A DNA stretch of 64,000 nt, from positions 21,272,152 to 21,336,151 of the forward strand of contig OZ316896.1 of the NCBI GenBank assembly GCA_973895155.1. Direction: 5' to 3'. The number at the start of each line of letters is the position of its first letter. Position 1 is the first letter of the stretch. Source of the DNA: Marsupella aquatica. Taxonomy: Eukaryota; Plantae; Marchantiophyta. Position numbers and translations under genes: made by a program. The notes beneath the pieces were generated by a model. The model was not told the DNA's origin. It saw only the letters and a list, made by a program, of their open reading frames with translations, and searched no databases. Below are positions 42,970 to 54,523 of this stretch, in pieces.

Positions 42970-43620
42970 GATCAAGAATCTGGTAAACATATCTGTAAAT
43001 GTTAGACTTATCCCTAAAGTTGTCACTTTGGCTGTGTTGGTGATTATTTTTGGAAAACTTTGAAATGTACTCTACATCTATTTGGTTGCCAAACAACTTT
43101 CCACACGAGTCTTTCTAGTTTCTTTTGTGCCCCTTTCTTTTGTTTAGTGTCACTTTTTGTCAGAAAAAGAGCCACTGGGCATGCCTGGTGGGTTGTTTGT
43201 TCCTTTTTCTGTTGTGGGGGACTCCTTGGCTTGTTCTTAAAAATCCTTTTGAAAAAATTGTACAAGAACAGTCAGGGCCTTTCTGATGTTTCTTTTACCC
43301 ATATAATGAAACATTTGTAGCTCTACTACCCACACAAGCACGAAAAGTTTTCTGAATCATGGAAGTTGACCAGAGATAAGGAACTCACACTCACCATATA
43401 GTAAAACCACACCAGCCCCATTCCCTCATTCACTCCTCCTGTCCTCACTACTCCTCAACAGTGTCTCACCATAAAACGTGAAGCATTTGCCAACAACTTT
43501 TGGAGAATCGACTTTGGTCAATAAAATCACTTGAGGCCTCTTTTAATTCTGGAAAAAATTCCTGCTTCGTTTTACTGTTCATGCCTCTTAAAAAAATTCT
43601 GAAAAAATTATTCGAGTATG
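42970..43620 (-). mobile_element. Possible highly decayed pogo/Tc1-mariner (DDE_1) transposase fragment
   Basis: Broken minus-strand frames give, in order, ELKEASSDF, YMV...LVNF, GSRATNVSLYG/KALTVLV and KNNH...RYVYQILDP, loosely resembling pogo-type motifs. By-eye similarity only. Confidence 0.25.
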
Positions 43621-43922
43621 AGTGGTCCATGGTTAATGTGATGTATGAGTCGAGCTGTTTAATATGAATAAAATAAATAAATGAACAAAATACAAGCACT
43701 ATCAAGGAAGGTGACTCACAGACGAGACATGCAGCCGGACGAGCGAGGTCAATACAGGTATGGCAGGGTATGGGGGAATAGACATTTGTTACTGATTTGT
43801 GACCCCAAACTTTTTAGAAGTTTGGTTCTTAGCTTTTTAGTGGACCTTTTTGTTGTTGTTGTTGCAGACTTTTAGGTTTGTTGGGCCTTCTCAGGTTTTG
43901 TTTTTCTCTTGCCCTTCCATTT

Positions 43923-43993
43923 ATTGGGTAGTTTTGCCTCTGGGATCCTGTCTCCCCATTTGGCGTTCTTGTCTTTTTGGCACCGTGATATAT
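43923..43993 (+). repeat. Diverged copy of the retrotransposon 3' UTR segment 48244..48313
   Basis: attgggtagttttgcctctgggatcctgtctccccatttggcg...tttttggcaccgtgatatat versus attgggtcttttgcctgagggatcatgtctcccggttcggcg...tttttggcagtttgatatat; about 75% identity over about 70 nt by manual alignment. Confidence 0.8.
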
Positions 43994-44150
43994 ACTTTGG
44001 TCACTGACCTGGTATTGTTTTTGCATTGTTCCTTATGCTGGAGTAGTATAAACATGTCTACAATTATAGTAGACCTTTGTGGAGACTTGGTTTGATACTT
44101 TTGGTGTCCTTTTCTAACGAGGTCAGTGGTTTTTCCATTTTCTATCAATT

Positions 44151-47100
44151 ACAGCAGCAGCGGGAGCGGCAGCGGGAGCGAAGTGGAGCAGATCGGAGGC
44201 GGAGCGGCAGTCGCGCAAGCCGGGGTCGGGAGGAGCGGGGGAGCAAGTGAGTGGCGGGAGGTCCAGCGAGCGAGGTCGAGCGCGGCGGGGGTGAGCCGGG
44301 TTGCATGCGGCTGGGCGCTGACGCGCTGTTGGGGCTGACGCGTGGCGGAGCCAGGGAGGTGCGTGCGCAGGGGCCCTTTTATGGGGGGCCTCATTATGAG
44401 GGACCCCCTGCCCCTCGGAGAGGGGCTCCTTCCGCCAGGGTGACCCTTGGATCCCCCCCCCCCCTTTTATCAGGATTTTCGTGTGGGTTGTTGGCCTAGG
44501 GCTTTTCATCCTTGGTTCTCCTCTTTTGGTGCTCCCCGTACTGCTGGCTTTGGCCCCTTGGGGGCTGTGTTCCGGGCCCCTCGGCTCTGTTTTGCGGGGA
44601 GGTTTTGGTGCTTGGGAGCCTTCTCTGCTGGTTGGATTTCTGCTCCAGCCTGGTGACCGGCCCTGGCCTGGCCCGGGGTCTGGCGTTTTTTCTCTTGGCT
44701 CTGAGCCGGGGTTGGTTTGTGACCTGGGGGGCACGTTGTGGTGTGGCTTCTTGGTGTTCTGTCCGGAGGGGGTGCCTCCGCAACAGCTTCCTTTGCGCGG
44801 GGCTGCGGTGGTCCTTTTCGACGTGCGGTTGTTGTCACTACCGGGTCGAGGTTCTTTGCTTCGGTCATCCATCCTTTGCCTTTGTTTTTGTTGTCGCTTT
44901 CGTAATATTTTCTGTTTGTTTTTGTTTGACTTGCCTACTTTATATGTTTCTTCTTTATCCCTGTTTTATATTTTCATTTTCTCATGGAGCCTCTTCCCAT
45001 TCTGAGTTCCCCTCCCCCCACTCCGCGCCCACCGGATTCCCCCTGCTCCACTCCTCTTTCCGTCCGTCGCCATCGTCCCTCCTCACCTTCCACTTCCCCT
45101 TCTGATCCCTGTGTCCAGTGCGATGCTTGTCATAGTTGGTACCGGCCATCAGGTTTGACGCGCCACCGTCGTTCCTGTCCTGCCCTTCGTGCTTCCTCCT
45201 CCACCTTGCCTCCACCCCCCGTCCTCCCCCCACCTCCATCTGGGCCCCCTCCCTCCTCTTGGGATTGGTTGGCTCACCTTGATGTCCTTGCTGCCCTCTA
45301 TCCCGGTTTTTGGCATCCCCATTTGTTTACTAGGATTCCCGTGCCCGTGCGGCCTCTCCTTCAGAGAGCCTTGCGTCTTCCCTTCGACCGCTTGGCTCAT
45401 GACCCCTCAGATGTTGGGGCTTGGTCCTTGCTCCTCCTGCTCCCTCATTGGGTGCTGGTCCTTCCTCCGCGGGGGGGCCATCCGGGCATAGGGAGACCTT
45501 GGTCCGGTTGCAGCGGTTCCTTTCTGGGGATTGGGCTTCGCTTCATGAGGAGTATTACTATAGGTTGTTAGCGATGGCCCCTCGGACCTCTGAGCCTGTC
45601 GAGGAGCCATCTGTCCCTCCAGTGCAGCGCAGGCTTCGCCAGTGCCTTCTTTTGCGGCAGGCGGGGGAGTTTTCTCGGGCCGCCTGCTCCTTGGTCCCCC
45701 TCTCCCCCTCTCCTCCTTCAGCCGAGACCATTCTTGCCTTACGGTCTCTTCATCCCCCGGCTGCATCCGAGGTTCCTTGTTTTCTCGGGAGCTTTACCCC
45801 TGAGACCGAGTTCTCCCTATCCCGTGAGGTGTTCTCCTCTGTCTTCCTTCATCTACCCCGCCTATCCGCGGGCGGGATTTCTGGGATGAGGTTCAAGCAC
45901 CTATGCGATTGCTTTTGTCCCGACGACTCGGCATCCGGTTTTTCTGAGTTGTTCCAGGTCTGTGCCCATGTAGCTGGGGGCCATATTCCTCCTGTGGTCG
46001 CTCGGCTTTTGGGGGCCTGTCGGCTTCTGGCTATGGCCAAAGAGACTGGGGGTGTCAGGCCCTTGGCCATCGGGGAGGTCTTGTTTCGCTTGGTGAGCCG
46101 TTGTGTTTGTCTGCAAACTCGGGCTCCCTTTTCATCACACTTTTTTCCTCACCAGTTTGGTGTGGCCACCCCTGGCGGTTGCGAGAGTGTGGTGCATGGC
46201 CTTCGTGCCATCTTGGATATCCACCCTGACTAGGCGGTTATTCAGGTGGATGTGGCTAACGCATTCAACTCTGTATCCCGTCGGGTCATGTTTGAGGAGT
46301 TGCGGGCCGCGGGAGGGGAGATCGCATCCCTCATCCCCTTTGCCCGGGCCTTCTATGGGGCCCCGACCCCCCTGGTTTACCCTGACCATCTTGTTCCTAG
46401 GTCCTATGTGACCATCTCATCCGAGTCCGGGACTAGGCAGGGTGACCCCCTTGGTGGGGCGTTGTTTGCTATGGCGCACCTTCATGCTATTCGTGCCTCT
46501 TCGGCTGCCTTCTCGGGTTGCATGTTTCCTTCTGTTGCGGATGACACTCACATTGTTGCCCGGGTCTCACTTGTTGGGGACGCCTATTCCCACTTTGTGG
46601 ACCAACTTACCCTCATTGGTCTTTCAGTTCAGCCTTGGAAGTGTGGGGTTTGGTCTCGTCTCCCCCTCCCCCACTCTTTCACCCCACATCTTGGTATACC
46701 CATTCGGCTTGAGGGCATTAGAGTCCTTGGGGTGCCTTTCGGGGGAGCGGTCTTTGAGCAGGATTTTCTTCTAGCGGCCCTATCCCAGGACGTTTTGCAC
46801 ATTGACCAGTTGGCGTCCTTGGGGGATGCCCAGATCTCCTTTTTGATCCTGGTCCTTTGTTTTGTTCGGCGTCCCTCCTATCTTCTCCGGACAGTCCCTC
46901 CTACCATGATGTTCCTGTCCTTACTCTCTTCATTTGACACCACTGCGATGAGAGTCTTTGGTCACCTCATTGGTCCGGGAGCCCTTGATGGAGAGGATGG
47001 TTCTTTTGCGGCTAGGCAGGCTACGTTACCCCCATCGGGAGGTGGAATGGGGGTGGCCTCGGCAGTGGACACTGCCCCTTGAGCGTTTCTTGGTAGTTGG

Positions 47101-48330
47101 GCGTAGGTGGCCCCTGCCCTAGCCTCTCGCTTCATTGTGGACCTTCGGCCTATCCTCTCTAACTCGGTCATGGGAGTGGAGAACGGAGCTCTCCCTTTTC
47201 AGGTCCAACTTCGTCATGCACGGTCATTATTGCCGGAGGACGTGCAGAGCGTGGTCCCTGCTTTCGAGGGAGTTGTTATGGACAGCCCGGATCGAGTCCA
47301 ACAGGTGATTTCTGATTGCATGCACCGACACACCCTTTCCAGCATACTTTCTGAGGCACCCTCGGATTTGGTACGGGCACGTCTTTTATCCGGTTCGGGC
47401 GCTGGTTCGGGGGCTTGGCTATTGGCGAGTCCTCTTTGGGCCCCCTTTCGTATGAGTTCTTTTATTTTTACCACATCCACGCGCCTTCGGTTGGGTCTTC
47501 CTCACCCTTGCCTCTTGGGTCAGCCCACTTGCGTCTGTGGAGCGCCCCTTGATGGGCAAGGCATTCACATTCTCAGGTGCGGTCATGGTAGTGAGAGGAC
47601 TGCGACACACGACGACATTTGGGATGTGGTGGAGGCCATTGCCCGTGATTCTGGTTACCATGTCATGATGGAGCAGAGACATGTGTTACCTCCACGGGAT
47701 GGGGTTTCTGATCGTCGTCGAGCAGATTTGGTATTCTCTCGCGCTGGTGTTCGTGCTCTTGGGGATGTCGTTGTTGCTGATCCGACTAGTGGGGCCAATG
47801 TGGCTTCGGCGGCTCATATACCTGGCCATGCCGCCGCGAGGGCAGCTCGGCTGAAGGAGGAGGCCTACGCTGTGCGGTACCCTGGGGACCTCTTCTATCC
47901 GTTTGCCGTGGAGGTCTTTGGGGCGCTACACCCATCCTTTGACCGTTTTCTTCGCTCTTGCGCAGTTCAGTACGTCGAGCGGAGGCCCTATCCCCCTGTG
48001 TCGGTCATCACTGCATTCTTTAGACAGAGGGTGTCTGTTGCGCTTCAGTGGGCACAGGCGTTCACTATTCTTCGTAGGGGGGAGGCTGTTGGTCTTAGGG
48101 CCGCTAGTAGGATTCCTTTGCTTGACCCCCCCATGCAGTTCACACCGGAGCTTTACCAGGCTCTCCAGTTTGCTGATAGGTAGGCGCTTGGGTTCCTGTC
48201 TTTGGGTTTGCTTTTCTTGGCGCCTTGGTGGTCTCCCCCCTTGATTGGGTCTTTTGCCTGAGGGATCATGTCTCCCGGTTCGGCGCCCTCTGTTTTTTGG
48301 CAGTTTGATATATGATTTGATTTTATATTT
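44151..48330 (+). mobile_element. CRE-clade non-LTR retrotransposon with restriction-like endonuclease (near full length, inactivated); boundaries approximate
   Basis: Sharp AT-to-GC compositional shift at about 44151. A single long ORF 44984..48183 encodes zinc finger, RT, CCHC and RLE in that order, followed by a T-rich 3' UTR. No APE endonuclease, LTRs or integrase. Confidence 0.88.
44984..48183 (+). pseudogene. Disrupted retrotransposon ORF (about 1066 aa when repaired): C2HC zinc finger, reverse transcriptase, CCHC knuckle, PD-(D/E)xK-type restriction-like endonuclease
   Basis: N-terminal CDAC-x11-H-x3-C; SAGGISGMR; RLLAMAKETGGVRPLAIGEVLFRLVSR; QFGVATPGGCE; DVANAFNS; GTRQGDPLG; SVADDTHI; GIRVLGVPFG; GGMG; GAWL; RLRLG; CVC-x9-H-x3-C; THD; RRADL; DVVVADP; LKEEAY; FYPFAVEVFG. 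One frameshift in the G run 45471-45477 and in-frame stops at 46231, 47080 and 47104. Confidence 0.92.
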
Positions 48331-50610
48331 GTGGGTGCAGGCTAATTCTAGTGACAAAGGAACCTCGGAGAGTGTGTTTGTTTTGTACCCTCATTTAAAC
48401 TTTACTTATCTTTCTCTCCCACTTTAGTTTCTTTGTAACTTCAATTTTGTTTGCTCCAAGAATGTTTTGCCTTCTACATGGGATTAGTTGTCTGTGCAAC
48501 CCATTGGCACCACATACTTTTTTGCCCACACTCTTTTGTGTTGATCTAAACATTCAACATTGACTATAATTTGCACCCAATCTACTGTAGATGGTTGTTT
48601 TATTTCCTCAGCAGGGGGACTGGAATGGACAAAAGGAATGTGGGGAAAGGAACAAGGGGGGCCCACAGTCCGTCCGCCTGTTTGCCTGCACCCTATGCCC
48701 ATTGCCCTCCCGTGCACCTCGCCCTCACTCACCGTCTCCCTTGTGTGGGGAGGGGGAGGAGGAAAAAAGTGTGTAAACAACCCTGCTAGGACCCCACGGC
48801 CATTGTCACCCTAACACTTCTTAGCACTCTTACCCTCCCAAACATCACTTTCACACATCTCTTGCATTTCTTTGTCTCCCCTCAACTTGTGACAGTATGG
48901 GCGGGTATTGTTTCACAAATGACAACATGGTTTGCTGGTTCATAACTCACATTATTACAGTACTACTCTAGTGACTCTAATTGTAGACCAACTGTTTTGA
49001 AGCCTTTCACAAGTCGCAATCTCCGGGCGCAATCTGTCCAGTAAGTTGGTGAGTGGCCCAAATTACCTCACAATCAACCAAAGGTCATGTGTGGGCATAC
49101 TTTTGCAATCAAAATTCATATAATTGTAACAGTATGTTGGTGAAAATGGGATCTACCCGGGTACTGACAGTTTTGATGGTAGATGTACCATCAAAACTAG
49201 CTTCCCCCACTAAATTATACCTTCAAAAGGGTTGACTGATTATTTCAGGCTTAAACTCAAAAGTTCATCGCTGAGATTAAAAATGACTTGCTGGTTTGTA
49301 AATTGCCACTGTGCCAGGAGATTTGGGAGGATAAACTAGTCAATTTCTGCTCACTTTTTAAGAACTTTAGTGGCTAGTTAGGGGCTTTCAGAGGATCTCA
49401 TGTGCAGCCTGAATTTCATATCAAATGACCAGTCACTTTGACTTTACACTCAGTTGAGAAGTCACTTTGTAGTGGACTTGTCTCCCAATCCCCATGGACT
49501 ATACTGGGTCCCTCAAAATGCTTATGTGTGTAGTTAGTGTAGTTTGGCCAAAGTCTAAACCACCATTGGAGGTGGTATTTTGAAAGGACATTTCCATTTT
49601 CATTCTTTTAGAATATTACTAAATGCAATGCTGGACTACTTTGTTGTAAGGAGACACTCTCATTGGGCCTGTGAATCCGGTATGGTAAAATGCAATCAAG
49701 CCCCCCTAATGGAAGCGTTGAGGCTTTTACAAAAAGACAGTGGTGGTTTACCAAGATACTTGGCCACTTGAGGTAGACTCCAAGGGATGATTTTATTGAA
49801 GTCCACCTACGTAGTATATAGATTTATTTAATTTGTTTGTAAGACTGCGTTGTGGACCTTGAGCTCCCTTGCCAAGCTTGGTCCTCTCTCCTCAGGCACG
49901 GCTCAGCCTCAACACTACACAGAAACTTTGAATAAACTAACTCTACCAAGTGACCTTCCTTGTCACTCAGTCATGACAACTCCCATATATGGGAAGCCGC
50001 ACTTATTCCAGGCACGAAGGCTGATAGCCGCACTGGGCTCAACTGAGCCGACCTAACAATGGTTTGCACACACTTTAGGATCCCCAAGGTAAATACTCCA
50101 TTCAAGGCAGTACAGGATAACATGGTTGTTGTCTTGTCTCAAGCTCAATAGTTATTGACAAAATATTAGCAAATAGAACCGCCCAGATTTGACCGCCTTG
50201 ATCACCAGGGCCACCTTAACTCACCATTGCTACTACTCACATAGATCCAATGGAGCTGCTCATGGCTTCATTGGACTCCCATCAGGAGCCCATTCTCCTT
50301 GTCACAAGGGTATCCTAAAGTTTCCAGGCCACCCATGACACCACAGTTTGTGTGACCACTGCTCTTTATCTCTTCTCTAAAGTTTCCCACCCAGATACCT
50401 AGGCACCATTCTAGCCCAATGAACATTCTGAGTTCATGGGAGGTAGATCTCATTCAAAGCTTGTCAATGAGCCCAAACACTCCTCAAAGTGACTTGCGCA
50501 TGAAGACATCATGGTTTCTGCTTGGGTCGGGTCCCTTATAGCCCATAGCTAGCTCCTAAAAATCCATTCGAGGAGAGTACTCATTTGAAATGTACTTATA
50601 GAGACCTGCC

Positions 50611-50706
50611 ACCCTGGTGAAACATTGGTCTTTGGTCCCCTAAGTTTGGCAAACCCAACAATAGGAAACCCTGGTGAAACATTGGTCTTTGGTCCCCTAA
50701 GTTTGG
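50611..50706. repeat. 39-bp exact direct repeat, period 57
   Basis: accctggtgaaacattggtctttggtcccctaagtttgg at 50611 and 50668. Confidence 0.9.
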
Positions 50707-50860
50707 TCACCATTTCCAGAGATGATGCACATGAGAGTGAGAGGGGCGACCTAGGGATAAGAAGAAGACCCTCTCCAGACAAGATGCACCTAAAAGTGAG
50801 AGAGCACATAAGAGTGGGAGAGCAAATCGAGCAGTAGGAAAAGGAAAGTGGCAAGGACAA

Positions 50861-51015
50861 CAGATCACCACTTTGGTGTACTGTACTACTCCAGCCATGG
50901 GAACTGAAAATGAAGGACTGAAGGAGGGAAGATCATCACTTCAGTGTCCTGTACTACTCCAGCCATAGGAACTGACATTGAAGAAAGACAGATCACCACT
51001 TTAGTATCCTGTACT
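50861..51015. repeat. 60-68-bp imperfect tandem repeat, about 2.4 copies
   Basis: agatca(c/t)cactt..gt.t.ctgtact at about 50862, 50930 and 50990. Confidence 0.8.
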
Positions 51016-51516
51016 GCATTGATCAACCGGTCTCTGGTTCATCTGTCACATGTGGCATATGATTTAATCAATTTCTTGGACTTATAGCTTACGAGATCCA
51101 CTTCCATAAGACCCATTCCTTCCGAACTCAGCACTTCACCCTCCATGCGGAATTTTGAGCTGATATGTGAGCTATTTCTGAAAGGTCGGAAACAAAGAAA
51201 CGAAATGAGAGATATCGCACTAAATCTTGCCGGACCTGGTGACTGGTCAGACGTTGGAACTCACAAAAGCCCCAAGTTAGTTTCCTAAATTATGGCCAAG
51301 TTCTCCTTCCTTCTTCAAAGTTTGGAGCCGGCAGGTCAGAGGTAATTTGTGAAGTCGAAGGCGCTCAACGCACTTCTGTGATTAGATTCAAGAAGCCGGT
51401 CAAGAAGTGAATTTAGAAATTCTCATAATCACTGTGATCATCTATACGCCATAACCTCACTCTCGATATCTAGGAATATCAGCCCCGGAAATCATTTTTG
51501 TTTTGCTTTGTTTCGG

Positions 51517-51630
51517 ACGTATTCTCCTGTCTTGTCGACATTCTTCCAATTCAGGTACTGGTACAAATTTGAACGTATTCGTCTGTCTTGTCGGCATTCT
51601 TCCAAATTAAAGTACTTGTAAGAATTCGAA
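51517..51630. repeat. 56-bp tandem duplication
   Basis: acgtattc..ctgtcttgtcg.cattcttccaa at 51517 and 51573. Confidence 0.75.
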
Positions 51631-54206
51631 GGGCGAGGGCAATTCAAACCTGAGACGCACAAGCTTCTTCAATAAAAGGAACAGGCGACAGAGTCAGTAT
51701 ACTTCGAAGACTTCTAAGACGTCAAGGAAAGGAATCAACCAAACATTCGAATCACACATGTTCTCGTCAGACTCAAGGTTACCACAGACTTCTTATACAT
51801 ACATGCACTCGGATTGAAATGTTTTGTTGCAAATGACAAAACATTTGCAACAGATGTTTCTACAGTAGGTTGTCAAATATTAGAGTTTTATTTGAGACCA
51901 TTGGCTGTGGACTTATTGTACAAAATTAGGGCCGGCAAAAGCCCTGTTTCCCTATGTGATTCGATTAGATCGACATACTTTCCTAGTGTTCGGTTCCAAA
52001 CCATTGGAAGAGATTGCCCATGGAATAAATGAACATTTTAGTCAGCTCGGGCAATCTCGTCCTGCAAATATGAGAATTTCAAGCCCTGAAACAAGTGCAC
52101 AAATCATCTAGTATATTGTGCAGATGCACGCACATACACAAAGTCATATTGGAGATTGTGCATACAGTATCCACAGAATTCGAGTACGTCATTGGACTGA
52201 CAGTTCAATAATCGAAGGAACACCCAAAAGAGATCGACCTGTTGTATGTAGATATGTACAGCAATTCAACGATGATGATTGTGGTGGGGGCATAATTATA
52301 TAACATGCATAGGACCCTCCTTTTCTGAGATCGCTTTATTCTGCTGTACATTGTCTTTCGAATCCTTCAATCCCTTTTGATTGGACAGTAGCAACGAAAA
52401 CCAAAGCGTCCAATAACTCTCATCAACCCATGTCAGTCACTCGATCAAGCACTAAAAACGCGTGCTTACAGAAGATGAAAAGAACATGATCGATCTGTGA
52501 TTATACAACAGTACTGTCGATCATGTCAAATCCGTTCGGACCGAGGATTCTCTAGGATGGTGATAAATGACTGACTCAATCTCGGGCTCAATCTTACTCT
52601 AAAGTGAGTTGGTGCTCAGGACCAAAACGTACAAGGTAAATTAACAACCCAGCAGCTATAGTACCTTCTGTGTCGATGCGCGACTACTGCCATCGTGCCA
52701 TGTCAATCTCGAGCTTTGGACTACCATAGTGCTGGGACACCGAGCCATACAACTGAGCAGTTCAGTTTGTCTAAGGAGGATTTTTAAACATCTCAATTTC
52801 TACCGGAAAACAAATTGCAACCAAACCCCCAATTGCATTAACGTTCATATTGATTTGTATTGTAGCATCATCACACATCTGATGGTTTGAGACCTTTCGA
52901 TTTCTTTCCAAGCATGGCTCAGAAACTTTAGCAAAGTTCTGTGAAAAAAGGACGGGCTCTGAGTCGTTGTGGGGTATCACCAACCACTAAGGTAGAATCC
53001 GCGAAAACACCTGATGATATTGTTAAATTACTACTGTAGTTTAGCTTCCTGTTTTGATGTGCCTCTCTTCTGGTTCAGGCCTCTCCAGTCTTTTTGGCAC
53101 TTCTACCTTTGGTCCACCTGGATGAAAACCCCCATTGTGGGCCACCCCATTTGTATGCTGGCTTTTGGAATGATTTTCAACTGGTTTTTTCGAGGCATAA
53201 AAACCCCTCCCACCCAAAAACCATTATCATAAATAATGTGGTTAAACCCAGACTGTCCACTAGGTTTGGGGAGGCCAAAACAGTGCACTTTTTTTACTTT
53301 CTTAAGAACATTGCTTGCTATTTTTAGTAACCTGGATCCACCAGGGTTTACTTTGGGGACAGTGGAGGTTTCAGAGTTACTTAGGGCTCTACCCTCATAC
53401 TCAGTCAATGGTCTTTGCTGTCAAATCTCTTAAAGCGTTGGAGGTAATGTCAGCCTTCATCCCTCCATCAAGTTTTAGGGTTGGGACTGGAGTAAGTTGG
53501 GAGTAGATGGCCTGCCCCACCATTTACTCTAGTTCAAAGAGCCCTCAAGTCAAGTCAGGGTGAGGACATGTTTGAGGCCCAATGGAATAGGGCCCTTAGG
53601 ACCACCTCCTCCTAGCAAAACTATGATTCCATTCCAAAAAATTACCATAGTGGTAACTGGTTGGCAGTTGGTGACCAAATACCAGGCCTTTGACCAAAGA
53701 GCATTTTGGTTACAAGAGGACTGAACAAATCTAACTTTGCTCCCTCCTTAAGAGCTCCCATGAGAACTCTTTCACCCATGCTCATGGTGTCCCTTGTATC
53801 ATCCCATTTTTGTTGTATATTCCCATGAATCTAGTCACACTATTCAGTAGATGCAATTCCAGGTTTGAGATCCCACCAAGTTTTGAGTTCCATAGGTTCA
53901 GTGAAAAAGTTAACTTAACAGACCTTTTGTAAAGTCAAATAAACATGCAGGAGCGTACAGCTCTTAAAAAAAATTCTTTGGTCTGCAGCTTTCTGATTGT
54001 CATGCAGGGTTTCTGATAAAATGTTGCAGCACACATGTGTGCTTACATAACAATAGAAAACTCACTAAGTCTACAAGATGGGTTAATATGCTTTCAGACT
54101 ATTAAGAGTATTAAGGGTAAATTTCATTGAAGGCTGGCTTGGGGCTACAATGCAAATTAGACTACTAGGGCATTTCAAAGAGGACAATTTGATGGACCTT
54201 CACTCT

Positions 54207-54487
54207 CTTCTTTTCCCTTTTGGTGTTTGTCACCTCTACTTCTTTGGCCCCCTCTTCCTACCTTCTTACTTTCCCTCTTCCTAAGGGATTGTAGGTTTTT
54301 GGGGTTTGGGGTTCACATTTCTTCTTTTCCCTTTGGTGTTTGTCACCTCTATTTCTTTGGCCCCCTTTTCCTACCTTCTTACTATCCCTCTTCCTAAGGC
54401 ATTGTAGGTTTTTGGGGTTTGGGGTTTGGGGTTCGCATTTCTTCTTTTCCCTTTGGTGTTTTGTCACCTCTATTTCTTTGCCCCCCC
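54207..54487. repeat. 114/120-bp tandem repeat (about 2.4 copies) containing (TTTGGGG)2-3
   Basis: cttcttttccctttggtgtttgtcacctcta at 54207, 54321 and 54441. Confidence 0.9.
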
Positions 54488-54523
54488 TGTTTTTGAAATT
54501 GGTCCATTGTACTTGGACAACAG

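Noticed and set aside
44123-45105. Overlapping 170-250-aa ORFs on both strands in the retrotransposon leader
   Set aside because: Low-complexity translations of GC-rich, strand-skewed DNA with no recognisable domain; CRE elements are normally single-ORF.
45471-45478. Programmed -1 frameshift at G GGG GGC
   Set aside because: Not a typical slippery heptamer, and the ORF has three other stops; a homopolymer deletion is simpler.
48313-48620. Poly(A) tail and target-site duplication of the retrotransposon
   Set aside because: None could be found by eye, so the element boundaries remain approximate.
53100-53410. Possible decayed L1 ORF1 zinc-knuckle region on the minus strand
   Set aside because: The Cys and His ligands are absent and the resemblance is too weak.
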